Below are positions 52,224-64,000 of a stretch of DNA of 64,000 nt, piece after piece. Both the position numbers and the translations under genes were made by a program. Numbering within the stretch: the stretch's first letter is position 1; every line of letters starts with the position of its first letter. Source of the stretch: Eledone cirrhosa (Eukaryota). The notes beneath the pieces were generated by a model that had not been told where the DNA came from, searched no databases, and saw only the letters and a list, made by a program, of their open reading frames with translations. The DNA lies in assembly GCA_964016885.1 (NCBI GenBank), contig OZ024753.1, positions 27,962,001-28,026,000 of the forward strand, in the 5' to 3' direction.

Positions 52224-55200
52224 ATCAGCACAGCAATAAATAGGAACAACAACAAAATATGAAGACTTCGCATCTCAGAGTTGCAACACTTAATGTTCGC
52301 ACTCTCAGAGGTAGATCTGCAGAAATAGCAGAGATGCTGGAGAGAAGGCATGTGGATGTGTGCTGCGTGCAAGAGCTGAAATGGAGAGGTGCCTCTGTGA
52401 GACTAGTCGTAGGCAAGCGTCTTAGCTATAAGCTATTCTGGGTAGGTAAGGATGATGGGCTAGGGGTAGTAGGCATTTTCCTGGCTGAGAAATGGATCAA
52501 TAAGACAATAGAGGTAGTTCGAGTTAGTAATCGAATAATTAAGCTTAGATTAGTTGTAGGTAGGAGACTACTGACAATCATCTCGGCCTATGCTCCCCAA
52601 GCAGGCCTAGGCAAAGATGAGAAAGACTGCATTTATGAGCAACTTTTGCAAACAACCGCAATGACAGAGGACGGAGACATCGTTATGCTAGCAGGAGACT
52701 TCAATGGTCATGTTGGACAGCTCCAGGATGGTTACACTGGGGTACATGGTGGGCACGGTTACGGTTCAAGAAATGAAGAAGGAGTGAGACTTCTTGAATT
52801 TTGTGATGCGGGTACATTGACTATTTGCAACACAAACTTCCAGAAACCTGCCAATCACCTAATAACCTACAAATCTGGTGAGCACATAAGCCAGATTGAC
52901 TTCCTGCTAGTTAGGCAGCAGGACAGGCAGATAGTGTCTAATACCACGGCATACCCTGGGGAAGAATGTACCCCACAGCATAGGTTAGTTGTTAGTGATA
53001 TCTCAGTAAGCAAGAGATGGAATGAGACATATAGGAAGGTGTATTGAGAAGAAAGGTCTGAAGCTAAAAGACCTTTCACTAAAATACAAATTTAGGAAAG
53101 CCCTTCAAGATGTATATGACGAAAAAGAAGATGATTTAGAGACGTATGACATAGATAATAACTGGAATTTCTTACGTGACAACTTGCTGCAGGCTACTGA
53201 TGAAACCTGTGGCTGGAGCAGAGCTCCAACCAGACAGAGAGTGACCTGGTGGTGGAACAGCACAGTAGATAAGGCTATTAGAGACAAAAGACTTGGAAGG
53301 CTTGGAAAAAGGGTGGGAGTAGGGAAGAATATACAGCCACTAAGAGAGAAGCTAGACATCAGGTGTACTTAGCACGCAGGGAGGCAGAGAGTAGGAGGTT
53401 TGCCAATGTTCTGCGACGGGAAGATCAGAGGCGTGCGGTGTTCCACATTGCAAGGCAGTGTGTCAATGCAAATCAGGATGTTGTTGGAGATAAATGTGTC
53501 CGGGATGATGCCGGTGTACTTAGTGTCACGAATGATCAGAAAAAGGAGGCCTGGAAATGTCATTATGAGAGACTGATGAATTTGGAGAACGAATGGGAGA
53601 GAGAGAAATTACCCTTGGTGGATCCGACAGAGGGACCAGCTATTGAGATTGATGAATATAGGGTCCAAGAGGCGATTAGGGAAATGAAAAATGGTAAGGC
53701 TGCCGGACCATCGGGAATAGTTGCTGAGATGCTGAAGGCATCAGGGGACGTAGGCACTAAACTGGTTGCACGCATCATCAATCAGACTATATATGGTGGT
53801 GTCATACCCAAAGACTGGTGCAGCAGTATTCTCATAAATTGCTACAAAGGTAAAGGGGATGCTTTGGAGAGGAGCAATTATAGGGGTATAAAACTGATAG
53901 ATCAGGTTATGAAAGTGGCAGAAAGGATTTTAGCACAACTAATTAGAGAAAGGGTCAAACTAGATGAGATGCAGTTTGGTTTTGTGCCTGGGAAAAGTAC
54001 AACAGATGCCCTCTTCTTGGTGAGACAATTGCAAGAGAGGTTCTTAGAGAAGAATAAGCCACTATACTTAGCCTTTGTTGACCTAGACAAGGCCTTTGAT
54101 AGGGTACCCCGATCTGTCATCTGGTGGTCCCTAAGGAAGCTAGGTGTTGAGGAATGGCTTGTGAGGACAGTGCAAACTTTGTACAGAGGTACTCTCAGTA
54201 AAGTCAGGGTAGGAATGGAGTTTAGTGAGGAATTCCAGATACAAGTAGGAGTACATCAGGGTTCGGTCCTTAGCCCGCTCTTGTTCATTATAGTCCTCCA
54301 AGCCATAACAGAGGAGTTTAAGACTGGCTGTCCATGGGAACTTCTCTATGCTGACGATCTGGTTCTTATAGCAGAATCAGTAGAGGAGCTAGAGAATAAA
54401 TTCTGGCTATGGAAACAGCAGTTGGAAGCAAGAGGACTGAGAGTGAATCTAGCTAAGACAAAAGTGTTGATGAGTAGAAAAGAGGACTAAACCCTGATTC
54501 CGTCAGGGAAATGGCCATGTTCGATATGCAGAAAAGGAACTGGCATAAATTCTATAAAATGCACACAATGCAGATCCTGGGTACACAAGAGATGTAGCGG
54601 GATAGCAGGCAAACTAACAAGTAGGGAGAAATATGTATCCAGTAGATGTACAGGGAAATTAGACAGTAGAAGTCGCACTGATAGACACATTTTTCAAATG
54701 CAAGAGGGCGCTATAAAAGTGGTGGATAGCTTCCGGTACCTAGATCAGATTAGCATGGGAGGAGGGTGTTCCGAGGCCATAGTATCTAGAATAAGGACGG
54801 GTTGGAAGAAGTTTAGGGAGCTGCTTCCTCTGTTGACGAAGAAGGGTTCTCCCTGTGTACGAAAGGCCGGTTGTATGATGCCTGTGTGAGGAGCGCGATG
54901 CTGCATGGTAGTGAGACATGGGCAGCAACTGCAGAGGATATGCGACGGCTGGAGAGAAATGGGGCAAGCATGCTCCGTTGGATGTGCAGTGTAAATGTGC
55001 GTGAACGACCCAGCATAAATGTGTTGAGAGAGAAACTGTGTCTGAGAGGGATAGAATGTAGTGTACGGGAGAGGAGACTGAGGTGGTATGGACATGTGAT
55101 GCGCATGGAGGATGACCAATGGGTGAAGAAGTGCCAAGAATTTACAGTTGAAGGAAGACGTGGTAGAGGTAGACCACGAAATAGAGGTAGACCACGAAAA

Positions 55201-55355
55201 ACATGGGCGGAGGTGGTGAGAACAGACCTCAGATCATTGAAGCTCACGGTGGAGATGACGAGGGACCGTGACGAAGGGAGAGATGCTGTGCTGAATAAGA
55301 CCCGTCCCACCCTTGCAAACAGGGAAAAGCGGACGTAAATTGATGATGATGATGA
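52224..55355 (+). mobile_element. Near full-length RTE LINE subfamily C (APE endonuclease + RT), inactivated by frameshifts and a stop
   Basis: ATLNVRTL, VQE, SAYAPQ, GDFNGHVG, SQIDF, QHRLV (APE); RT YADD; ORF broken at ~53040, ~53290, 54488, ~54850; (TGA)n tail. Confidence 0.95.
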
Positions 55356-55499
55356 TATATATTATATATTATATATATATATATATATTATATATATATA
55401 TATATATTATATATATATATATTATATATATTATATATATATATTATATATATATATATTATATATATTATATATATTATATATATATTATATATATTA

Positions 55500-55844
<345 letters not shown>

Positions 55845-56183
55845 GGAGGCACATGGCTTAGTGGTTAGAGCATTGGCCTTGCAATCGAAAGGTTGTGAGT
55901 TCAATTCTCAGACCGGGTGATGTGTTGTTTCCTTGAGCAAGGCACTTTATTTCACATTGCTCCAGTTTACTCAGCTGTAGAAATGAGATGATAGGGACTG
56001 GTGTCCCTATCATTCCACTGTAAAGTGGTCGTGGAGGTGCCACGGCAAAAAAGCACCCAGCACTCACTGTAAATGAGGTTGGTGTTAGGAAGGGCATCCA
56101 GCTGTAGAAATCAAGCCAGCATCAGTTCCCATCCCACCCTTGCAAGCAGGGAAAAAGCGGATGTAAAATGAAATGATGATGAT
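55845..56183 (+). mobile_element. SINE family 2 copy in (TA)n
   Basis: Near-identical to 17431-17775. Confidence 0.9.
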
Positions 56184-56197
56184 ATATTATATATATA

Positions 56198-56230
<33 letters not shown>

Positions 56231-56320
56231 AATATATATTATATATATATATATTATATATATATATATATTATATATATATATATTATATATATATATA
56301 TTATATATATATATTATATA

Positions 56321-57253
56321 TCATCATCATCATCATCGTTTAACGTCCATGTTCCATGCTTGCATGGGTTTGGACGGGGGTTTTCCCACTTGAGGCAAGA
56401 GTGGTTGTCTTGCTCGCATAGGACTGTCTGGCGGGTTTTTACACGGCCACATTACAGCGTGGACTGTCTGGCATGTTTTCTACAGCTGGATGCCCTTCCT
56501 AACACTAACCACATTTACAGTGTGGGACTGGGAGGTTTTTACCGTGTTGCCTACACGGTCACATTACAGCGTGGACTGTGTTTTTTTTTTGTCGTGACAC
56601 CTACACGATCTCATTTGTTTCAGCCTGGATGTTGTGGCACCAACATAACTTTGCATTGAAAGGGGCGGTGTGGACGGGGTGGGGGTGGTGGGACGGGGGT
56701 GTATTTTGCCTACTGACTGTAGTAGGTTTTACTTTGTATTTAGGTAAGGCGGGTCTTCTCTGTCACTGAGTACCGCCAAAGGTCTCGGTCCAGTGACATT
56801 GTCTTGGAGAGGTGTAAGTGTGTGAGGTCGGAATTTATCAGCTCGTCCCAGGTTTTTCTGGGTCTGCCTACTCCGTGGCTACCGTCTATCTTTATTGCCC
56901 TGCATTTTGCTATACAGCTGTCGTCTTTCAAGCGCATCACGTGACCATACCAACATAGCCTTCTCTCGAGTAAACAACATCTGATCCCTCTTATTTCTAA
57001 TTTTTTCCTTAGTTCGTTTATGCTTCGCCGTTCACGTATATTACTATTACACATCCAGCGGAGCATGCAAGCTTCGTTCCTCTCCAGTCTACGTATATCC
57101 TCCGCACACAATGCCCAGGTCTCACTGCCATGCAACATTGCTGTTCGTATGCAGGCATCATACAACCTGCCTTTCATTTTTAGGGAGACCCCTTTAGCGG
57201 CTAATAGTGGTATAAGCTCCCTGAACTTTTTCCATCCAGTTCTGACTGTAGCT
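56321..57253 (-). mobile_element. 5'-truncated RTE subfamily A, antisense
   Basis: ORF 56740-57177 plus 3'UTR and (CAT)n. Confidence 0.93.
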
Positions 57254-57341
57254 AATATATATATATATTATATATATATATATATTATATATATAAATGA
57301 TATATATATATATTATATATATATAAATTATATATATATAT

Positions 57342-57373
<32 letters not shown>

Positions 57374-57425
57374 ATATTATATATATATATTATATATATA
57401 TTTATATATATATATATATTTATAT

Positions 57426-57960
57426 ATAAAATATTAAACAAATAATGAATAAACAATTCCTTATATTAAACAAAAAAAGTTCATTATTTAACGATCGTTT
57501 CTAGGATATATATGTGTTAGAATTGGTATGCATATTCAACAGATCTATGTACAAAATTATACAAAATTATACAAATTATCAAGATTAAATATACATACCA
57601 ACACATATATACGCCGTCTTCAGATTATTTCTGAAGACGGCGTATATATGTGTTGGTATGTATATTTAATCTTGATAATTTGTATAATTTTGTATAATTT
57701 TGTACATAGATCTGTTGAATATGCATACCAATTCTAACACATATATATCCTAGAAACGATCGTTAAATAATGAACTTTTTTTGTTTAATATAAGGAATTG
57801 TTTATTCATTATTTGTTTAATATTTTATCTTGACTCTGTATACCGTTTATTTTTCACCGAAAGTGATTTTTCATTACATCTCTTCTTTCCATGATATCCG
57901 GAATACATTGAGTTCTTCATACGGATTGGACACTACCGTAAACTCTTGGTAGATTTATCT
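57426..57960 (+). mobile_element. Fold-back hammerhead element with long stem II
   Basis: 199-bp inverted arms 57426-57624 / 57630-57828, 5-nt loop, unique tail, (TA)n flanks. Confidence 0.8.
57624..57771 (+). ncRNA. Type I hammerhead ribozyme with ~115-nt stem II
   Basis: ATTATTT-CTGAAGA-[TATATATGTGTT..AACACATATATA; TTGGTATGTATATT..AATATGCATACCAA]-GAAA-CGATCGT-T-AAATAAT. Confidence 0.75.
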
Positions 57961-57994
57961 ACATATATTTATATATATATATTATATATATATT

Positions 57995-58072
<78 letters not shown>

Positions 58073-58114
58073 CATATATATATATATATTATATATATAT
58101 AAGATCAAATAAGA

Positions 58115-58439
58115 TCATTTTACGTCCACTTTTCCCCGCTTGCAAGGGTGGGACGGGAACTGATTCTGGTTTGATTTCTACAGCTGGATGCCCTTCCTAA
58201 CACCAACCTCATTTACAGTTAGTGCTGGGTGCTTTTTTGCCGTGGCACATCCACGACCACTTTGCATGAGATGATAGGGACCCCAGTCCCTATCATCTCA
58301 TTTCTACAGCTGAGTAAACTGGAGTAATGTGAAATAAAGTGTCTTGCTCAAGGAAACAACACATCACCCAGTCTGACAATTGAACTCACAACCTTTCGAT
58401 TGCAAGACCAATGCTCTAACCACTAAGCCATGTGCCTCC
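58115..58439 (-). mobile_element. SINE family 2 copy
   Basis: Reverse complement of the 17431 family. Confidence 0.9.
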
Positions 58440-58480
58440 ACCTTATATATATATATATAATATATATATATATATAATAT

Positions 58481-58524
<44 letters not shown>

Positions 58525-58525
58525 A

Positions 58526-58563
<38 letters not shown>

Positions 58564-58702
58564 TATATTATATATATATAATATATATATATAATATATA
58601 TATATATATATAATATATATATATATATATAATATATATATATATATTATATATATATATAATATATATATATATATTATATATATAATATATATATATA
58701 TT

Positions 58703-61406
58703 ATCATCATCATCATCATCATCATCAACGTTTAACATCCGTGTTCCACGCTTGCATGGGTTTGGACGGGGGTAGTCCCACTTGAGGCAAGAGTGATTTT
58801 CTTGCTCGCATAGGACTGTCTGGCAGGTTTTCTACAGTTGGATGCCCTTCCTAACACCAACCACATTTACAGTGTGGGTCTGGGAGGTTTTTACCGTGTT
58901 GCCTACACGGCCACATTACAGCGTGGACTGTGTGTTTTTTTGTCGTGACACCTACACGATCTCATTTGTTTCGGCCTGGATGGCGCGGCACCAACATAAC
59001 TTTACATAGAACGGGGTGGTGTGGATGGGGTGGGGGTGGTGGTGGTGGGACGGGGTGTATTTTGTTAGAGATGCCTACTGGCAAGGCGGGTCTTCTCTAT
59101 TACTGAGTACCGCCAAAGGTCTCGGTCCAGTGACATTGTCTTGGTGAGGTGTAACTGTGTGAGGTCGGTGTTTATCAGCTCGTCCCAGGTTTTTCTGGGT
59201 CTGCCTACTCCGTAGCTACCGTCTATCTTTATTGCCCTGCACTTTGTTATACAGCTATCATCCTTCATGCGCATCACGTGACCATACCAACGTTGCCTTC
59301 TCTCTAGTAAACAACATCTGATCCCTCTTATTTCTAATTCTTTCCTTAGTTCGTTTATGCTTTGTCGTTCACGTATATTACTATTACACATCCAGCGGAG
59401 CATGCAAGCTTCGTTTCTCTCTAGTCTGCGTATATCCTCTGCACACAATGCCCAGGTCTCACTGCCATGCAACATTGCTGTTCGTATGCAGGCATCGTAC
59501 AGTCTGCCTTTCATTTTTAGGGAGAACCCTTTAGCGGCTAATAGTGGTATAAGCTCTCTGAACTTTTTCCACCCAGTTCTGACTCTAGCTACTGTACTTT
59601 CAGAGCACCCTCCCCCACTGCTGATTTTGTCTCCCAGGTAACGGAAGCTGTCTACTATTTCTATAGAACCCTCTGCGCAGTTGAAAGAGCTAGTATTTTG
59701 TGGGCACTTGCTGCTACTTATATCCCCAGAACACCGGCCACATGTAAAATCTATGTTCTTAGTTAGCTTACCTGTGATCCCACTACATCTTTTATGCACC
59801 CAAACTTTGCATTTGGGACACAAAATGGAATTTCTACCTACGCCTTTCCTACACTCTGCGCATGGCCACTTCCCGGAGGGGACCGCCGCCTTATTTTCTT
59901 TCTTACAAACTAGAACTTTAGTCTTAGCTAGGTTAATTTTAAGGCCTTTTGATTCTAGGCCGTGCTTCCATGTTTGGAATTTCTTCTCTAGCTCGGCCAT
60001 TGATTCAGCTATGAGCGTTAGATCATCTGCGTATAGGAGTTCCCATGGGCAGCCGGTCTTGAACTCCACTGTTATAGCCTGGAGGGCAATAATAAATAGT
60101 AGGGGGCTAAGAACAGAGCCCTGATGAACACCAACTTTTACACTAAACTCTTCACTATATTCGTTGTTAATTCTAACCTTGCTAACTGTTTCTTTATACA
60201 TGGCTTGTATAGCTCTCACAAGCCATTCATCAACACCTAGTTTTCTAAGAGCCCACCAGATAATGGAACGGGGGACTCTGTCGAAGGCCTTCTCCAAGTC
60301 GACGAAAGCTAAGTATAGGGGTTTACTTTTAGCTAGGTACTTCTCCTGTAGTTGTTGTACAATGAAAAGAGCGTCTGTGGTACTTTTTCATGACACAAAC
60401 CCGAACTGCATTTCATCTAGATCAATTCGCTCTCTGATTAGTTGCGCTATAACTTTTTCCGTGACCTTCATGACCTGGTCGATTAATTTAATGCCTCTAT
60501 AGTTACTCCTATCTAGGGCATCTCCTTTACCCTTATAACAGTTAACGATAATGCTGCTGCGCCAGTCCTTCGGAACAACCCCATTCTGTATGACTTGGTT
60601 GACTATCCGGGTGACCATGGTGTGTCCCACCGTACCAGATGCCTTCAGCATCTCGGCAACTATTTCCGAAGGCCCAGCCGCCTTGCCTGTCTTCATATCT
60701 TTGATTGCCTTACTTACTATACTATCCTCGACTAACACTGCTGGTCCCTCTATTGGGTCGATGTGGGGGAGACTGTCTTTCTCCCATTTATTCTCCTCAT
60801 TTAGTAGCCTTTCATAGTGACACTTCCAAGCTACCTTCTTATCGGCGTCGGTGATGGCAAGTATGCCGTCATCGTTAAGTACACACTTCTCCCCGACAAT
60901 ATCACTGTTTTCCTTGACACATTGCCTAGCAATCCTGAACACCTCACGTTTTTGGTCATCGCGTTGTAGAACATGCTTGAACTTTCTTTCCTCTGCTTCC
61001 CTTCTTGCGAAGTACACTTGTCTCCTAGCTTCCCTCCTGGCCACTTGATAGTCTTCTCTGCTTCCCCCATCCCGCCATACTTTCCAAGCCTGCTTTTTGG
61101 CCTTAATTGACCCCTCCGCCTTACTGTTCCACCACCATGTTACTCTCCTCCTGCCTACAGGCCTGCTCCAGCCACAGACTTCGTCTGCCGCCGTCAGCAG
61201 GTCTGCTTTCAGGAATTCCCACTGTTCCTCTACCTTGTACGTCTCTAATTGCTCTTCCTCACTGTCGAAAGCATCAAGTAATATGCTTTGGAATTTATTT
61301 TTGGCTGTGGGGTCCTTTAGCTTCCATATTTTTCTCCTGAGGATAGTTCTCTTCTGTTGTCTAGTACGTCTCGTCCTGACTATTAGGTCGCTAATTATCA
61401 GTCTAT
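58703..61406 (-). mobile_element. Long 5'-truncated RTE subfamily A, antisense, one premature stop at ~60388
   Basis: ORFs 60388-61044 and 59065-60297 are in the same frame; 3'UTR and (CAT)n. Confidence 0.95.
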
Positions 61407-61440
61407 GTTATATATATATATAATATATATATATATTATA

Positions 61441-61515
<75 letters not shown>

Positions 61516-61518
61516 TAT

Positions 61519-61766
61519 TAGGTGTCACGACAAAAAAACACACAGTCCAAGCTGTAAAGTGGCCGTGTAGGCAACACGGTAAAAACCTCCCAGTCCCACA
61601 CTGTAAATGTCGTTGGTGTTAGGAAGGGCATCCAGCTGTAGAAAACCCGCCAGACAGTCCTATGCGAGCAAGACAACCACTCTTGCCTCAAGTGGGGAAA
61701 ACTCCCGGCCAAACCCATGCAAGCGTGGAACATGGACGTTAATCGATGATGATGATGATGATGATG
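61519..61766 (+). mobile_element. 3'UTR-only fragment of RTE subfamily A
   Basis: Matches 41935-42180; (GAT)n tail. Confidence 0.88.
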
Positions 61767-61768
61767 CT

Positions 61769-61800
<32 letters not shown>

Positions 61801-61845
61801 ATATTATATATATTATATATATATATATTATATATATATATATAT

Positions 61846-61879
<34 letters not shown>

Positions 61880-62053
61880 ATATTATATATATATATATAT
61901 TATATTATATATATATATTATATTATATATATATATTATATATATATATATATATTATATTATATATATATATATATATTATATTATATATATATTATAT
62001 ATATATATATATATTATATATATATATATTATATATATATATATTATATATAT

Positions 62054-62087
<34 letters not shown>

Positions 62088-62305
62088 ATATATTATGTTT
62101 AATACAATAACAGAGAACGCTTTAAGCTAAACTCTGACTGGTAACCATCTCACTCAACAAACATTAGGTTATATGTTAGTATAATCCCAATTTAGTGTTT
62201 GGGGTGGTAACTATATGTATTTTGTGGAAAGCCAGTTGTATTATTTTATATGAGATATAATTAAAGTTAAAATATATCTCTCTTTCCAAAACAAATTGTT
62301 TCATA

Positions 62306-62505
62306 NNNNNNNNNNNNNNNNNNNNNNNNNNNNNNNNNNNNNNNNNNNNNNNNNNNNNNNNNNNNNNNNNNNNNNNNNNNNNNNNNNNNNNNNNNNNNNN
62401 NNNNNNNNNNNNNNNNNNNNNNNNNNNNNNNNNNNNNNNNNNNNNNNNNNNNNNNNNNNNNNNNNNNNNNNNNNNNNNNNNNNNNNNNNNNNNNNNNNNN
62501 NNNNN
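62306..62505. other. Assembly gap (200 N)
   Basis: Run of n. Confidence 1.
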
Positions 62506-62737
62506 AATACATTGCAGAGTATAAAAGTTTTAATATAGATGAGATTCTACAGGACTAGAACTGTTTTCATTCTTTAGAAATCATCAGGAATTGGGAGATT
62601 CCTGGATGATTTCTAATAGAATGAAACAGTTCTAGTCCTGTAGAATCTCATCGATATTAAAACTTTTATACTCTGCAATGTATTGAGTACCTTACTTACT
62701 GTGATTACCTCCGATTTCAACCCGGAATAACGTACTA
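62506..62737 (+). mobile_element. Fold-back hammerhead element adjacent to the assembly gap
   Basis: Inverted arms around ~62592; GAGATTC-CTG(G)ATGA-TTTCTAATAGAAT-GAAA-CAG...CTGT-A-GAATCTC at 62595-62649; the left arm reads canonical CTGATGA on the minus strand. Confidence 0.7.
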
Positions 62738-62777
62738 TAATATATATATATATATATTTATATATATTATATATATA

Positions 62778-62816
<39 letters not shown>

Positions 62817-62832
62817 CTATATATTATATATA

Positions 62833-62863
<31 letters not shown>

Positions 62864-62889
62864 AATATATTATATATATATATATATAA

Positions 62890-63270
62890 TACAATATTAA
62901 ATAATGGAAAACTATATTTATAAAACCATATTATTTCATTATATATATTTCGGGGATATCATATTAACAATATGCTATGCCTTCATCAGACAAAATACAA
63001 TATAAACAGTTTTATAGATAAATATATTCGACATACCGAATATATTTATCTATAAAAACTGTTTATATTGTATTTTGTCTGATGAAGGCATAGCATATTG
63101 TTAATATGATATCCCCGAAATATATATAATGAAATAAATAATGGTTTTAAAATATAGTTTTCCATTTATTTAATATTGTAAATATACTCCAAATATTTGT
63201 CGAGTGCTTTCATATCAGTTATAAATATTTACTAGTTGTAACCCAACAAATTTTAAATATAACTTTACAT
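62890..63270 (+). mobile_element. Fold-back hammerhead element, same family as 3071-3492
   Basis: Arms ~62890-63030 / 63037-63180; hammerhead TATTTTGT-CTGATGA-...-GAAA-TATATAT-A-ATGAAATA at 63071-63136; tail homologous to 3400-3492. Confidence 0.78.
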
Positions 63271-63293
63271 GTATATATATTAGATATATATAT

Positions 63294-63324
<31 letters not shown>

Positions 63325-63520
63325 ATATATATTTATATATATATATTATATATATATAATATATATATTATATATATATATATATTATATATATATATTA
63401 TATATATATATATATATTATATATATTATATATATATAATTATATATATATATATATATATAATATATATATTATATATATATATTATATATATATATTA
63501 TATATATTATATATATATAT

Positions 63521-63569
<49 letters not shown>

Positions 63570-63585
63570 ATATATTTATATAATA

Positions 63586-63665
<80 letters not shown>

Positions 63666-63672
63666 TATATAT

Positions 63673-63751
<79 letters not shown>

Positions 63752-63895
63752 ATATATATTATATATATAATTATAATATATTATATATATATATATATTA
63801 TATATATGTATATATATTAATATATATATATATATATTATATATATATATATAATATATATATATATTATATATATATATATTATTATTATAATA

Positions 63896-63937
<42 letters not shown>

Positions 63938-63941
63938 ATAT

Positions 63942-63975
<34 letters not shown>

Positions 63976-64000
63976 ATTAGATATATATATATTATATATA
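63271..64000. repeat. Long imperfect (TA)n microsatellite (many others throughout the window)
   Basis: Direct reading. Confidence 0.97.

Overview
AT-rich, microsatellite-laden eukaryotic DNA with a repeat landscape typical of an octopus/coleoid cephalopod genome (species is inferred, not established). One host gene can be reconstructed: the 5' ~60% of IFT74 (intraflagellar transport 74) on the + strand, as 14 phase-compatible GT-AG coding exons from 26672 to 44749, plus a probable ATG exon at 26569-26624. The rest of the gene is not visible in the window. Most long ORFs belong to RTE-clade LINEs (three subfamilies, about ten young copies, each ORF carrying a PHD-like C4HC3 finger just after the RT YADD motif) piled into (TA)n tracts from about 39.8 to 61.8 kb. 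Also present are tRNA-derived SINEs, an R4/Dong-like RLE fragment, a DD37D (maT) Tc1/mariner, pogo- and piggyBac-like MITEs and a non-autonomous Helitron with an internal tandem array. The most interesting unannotated signal is a dispersed set of short non-coding elements in (TA)n. They carry type I hammerhead ribozyme folds, often with a long inverted (fold-back) duplication, a hypervariable stem II of 13 to >100 nt, and a conserved downstream ACTC...GAGT stem-loop. They are most likely non-autonomous Penelope-like pLTR/retrozyme-type elements. All structures were paired by eye and repeat boundaries are approximate.
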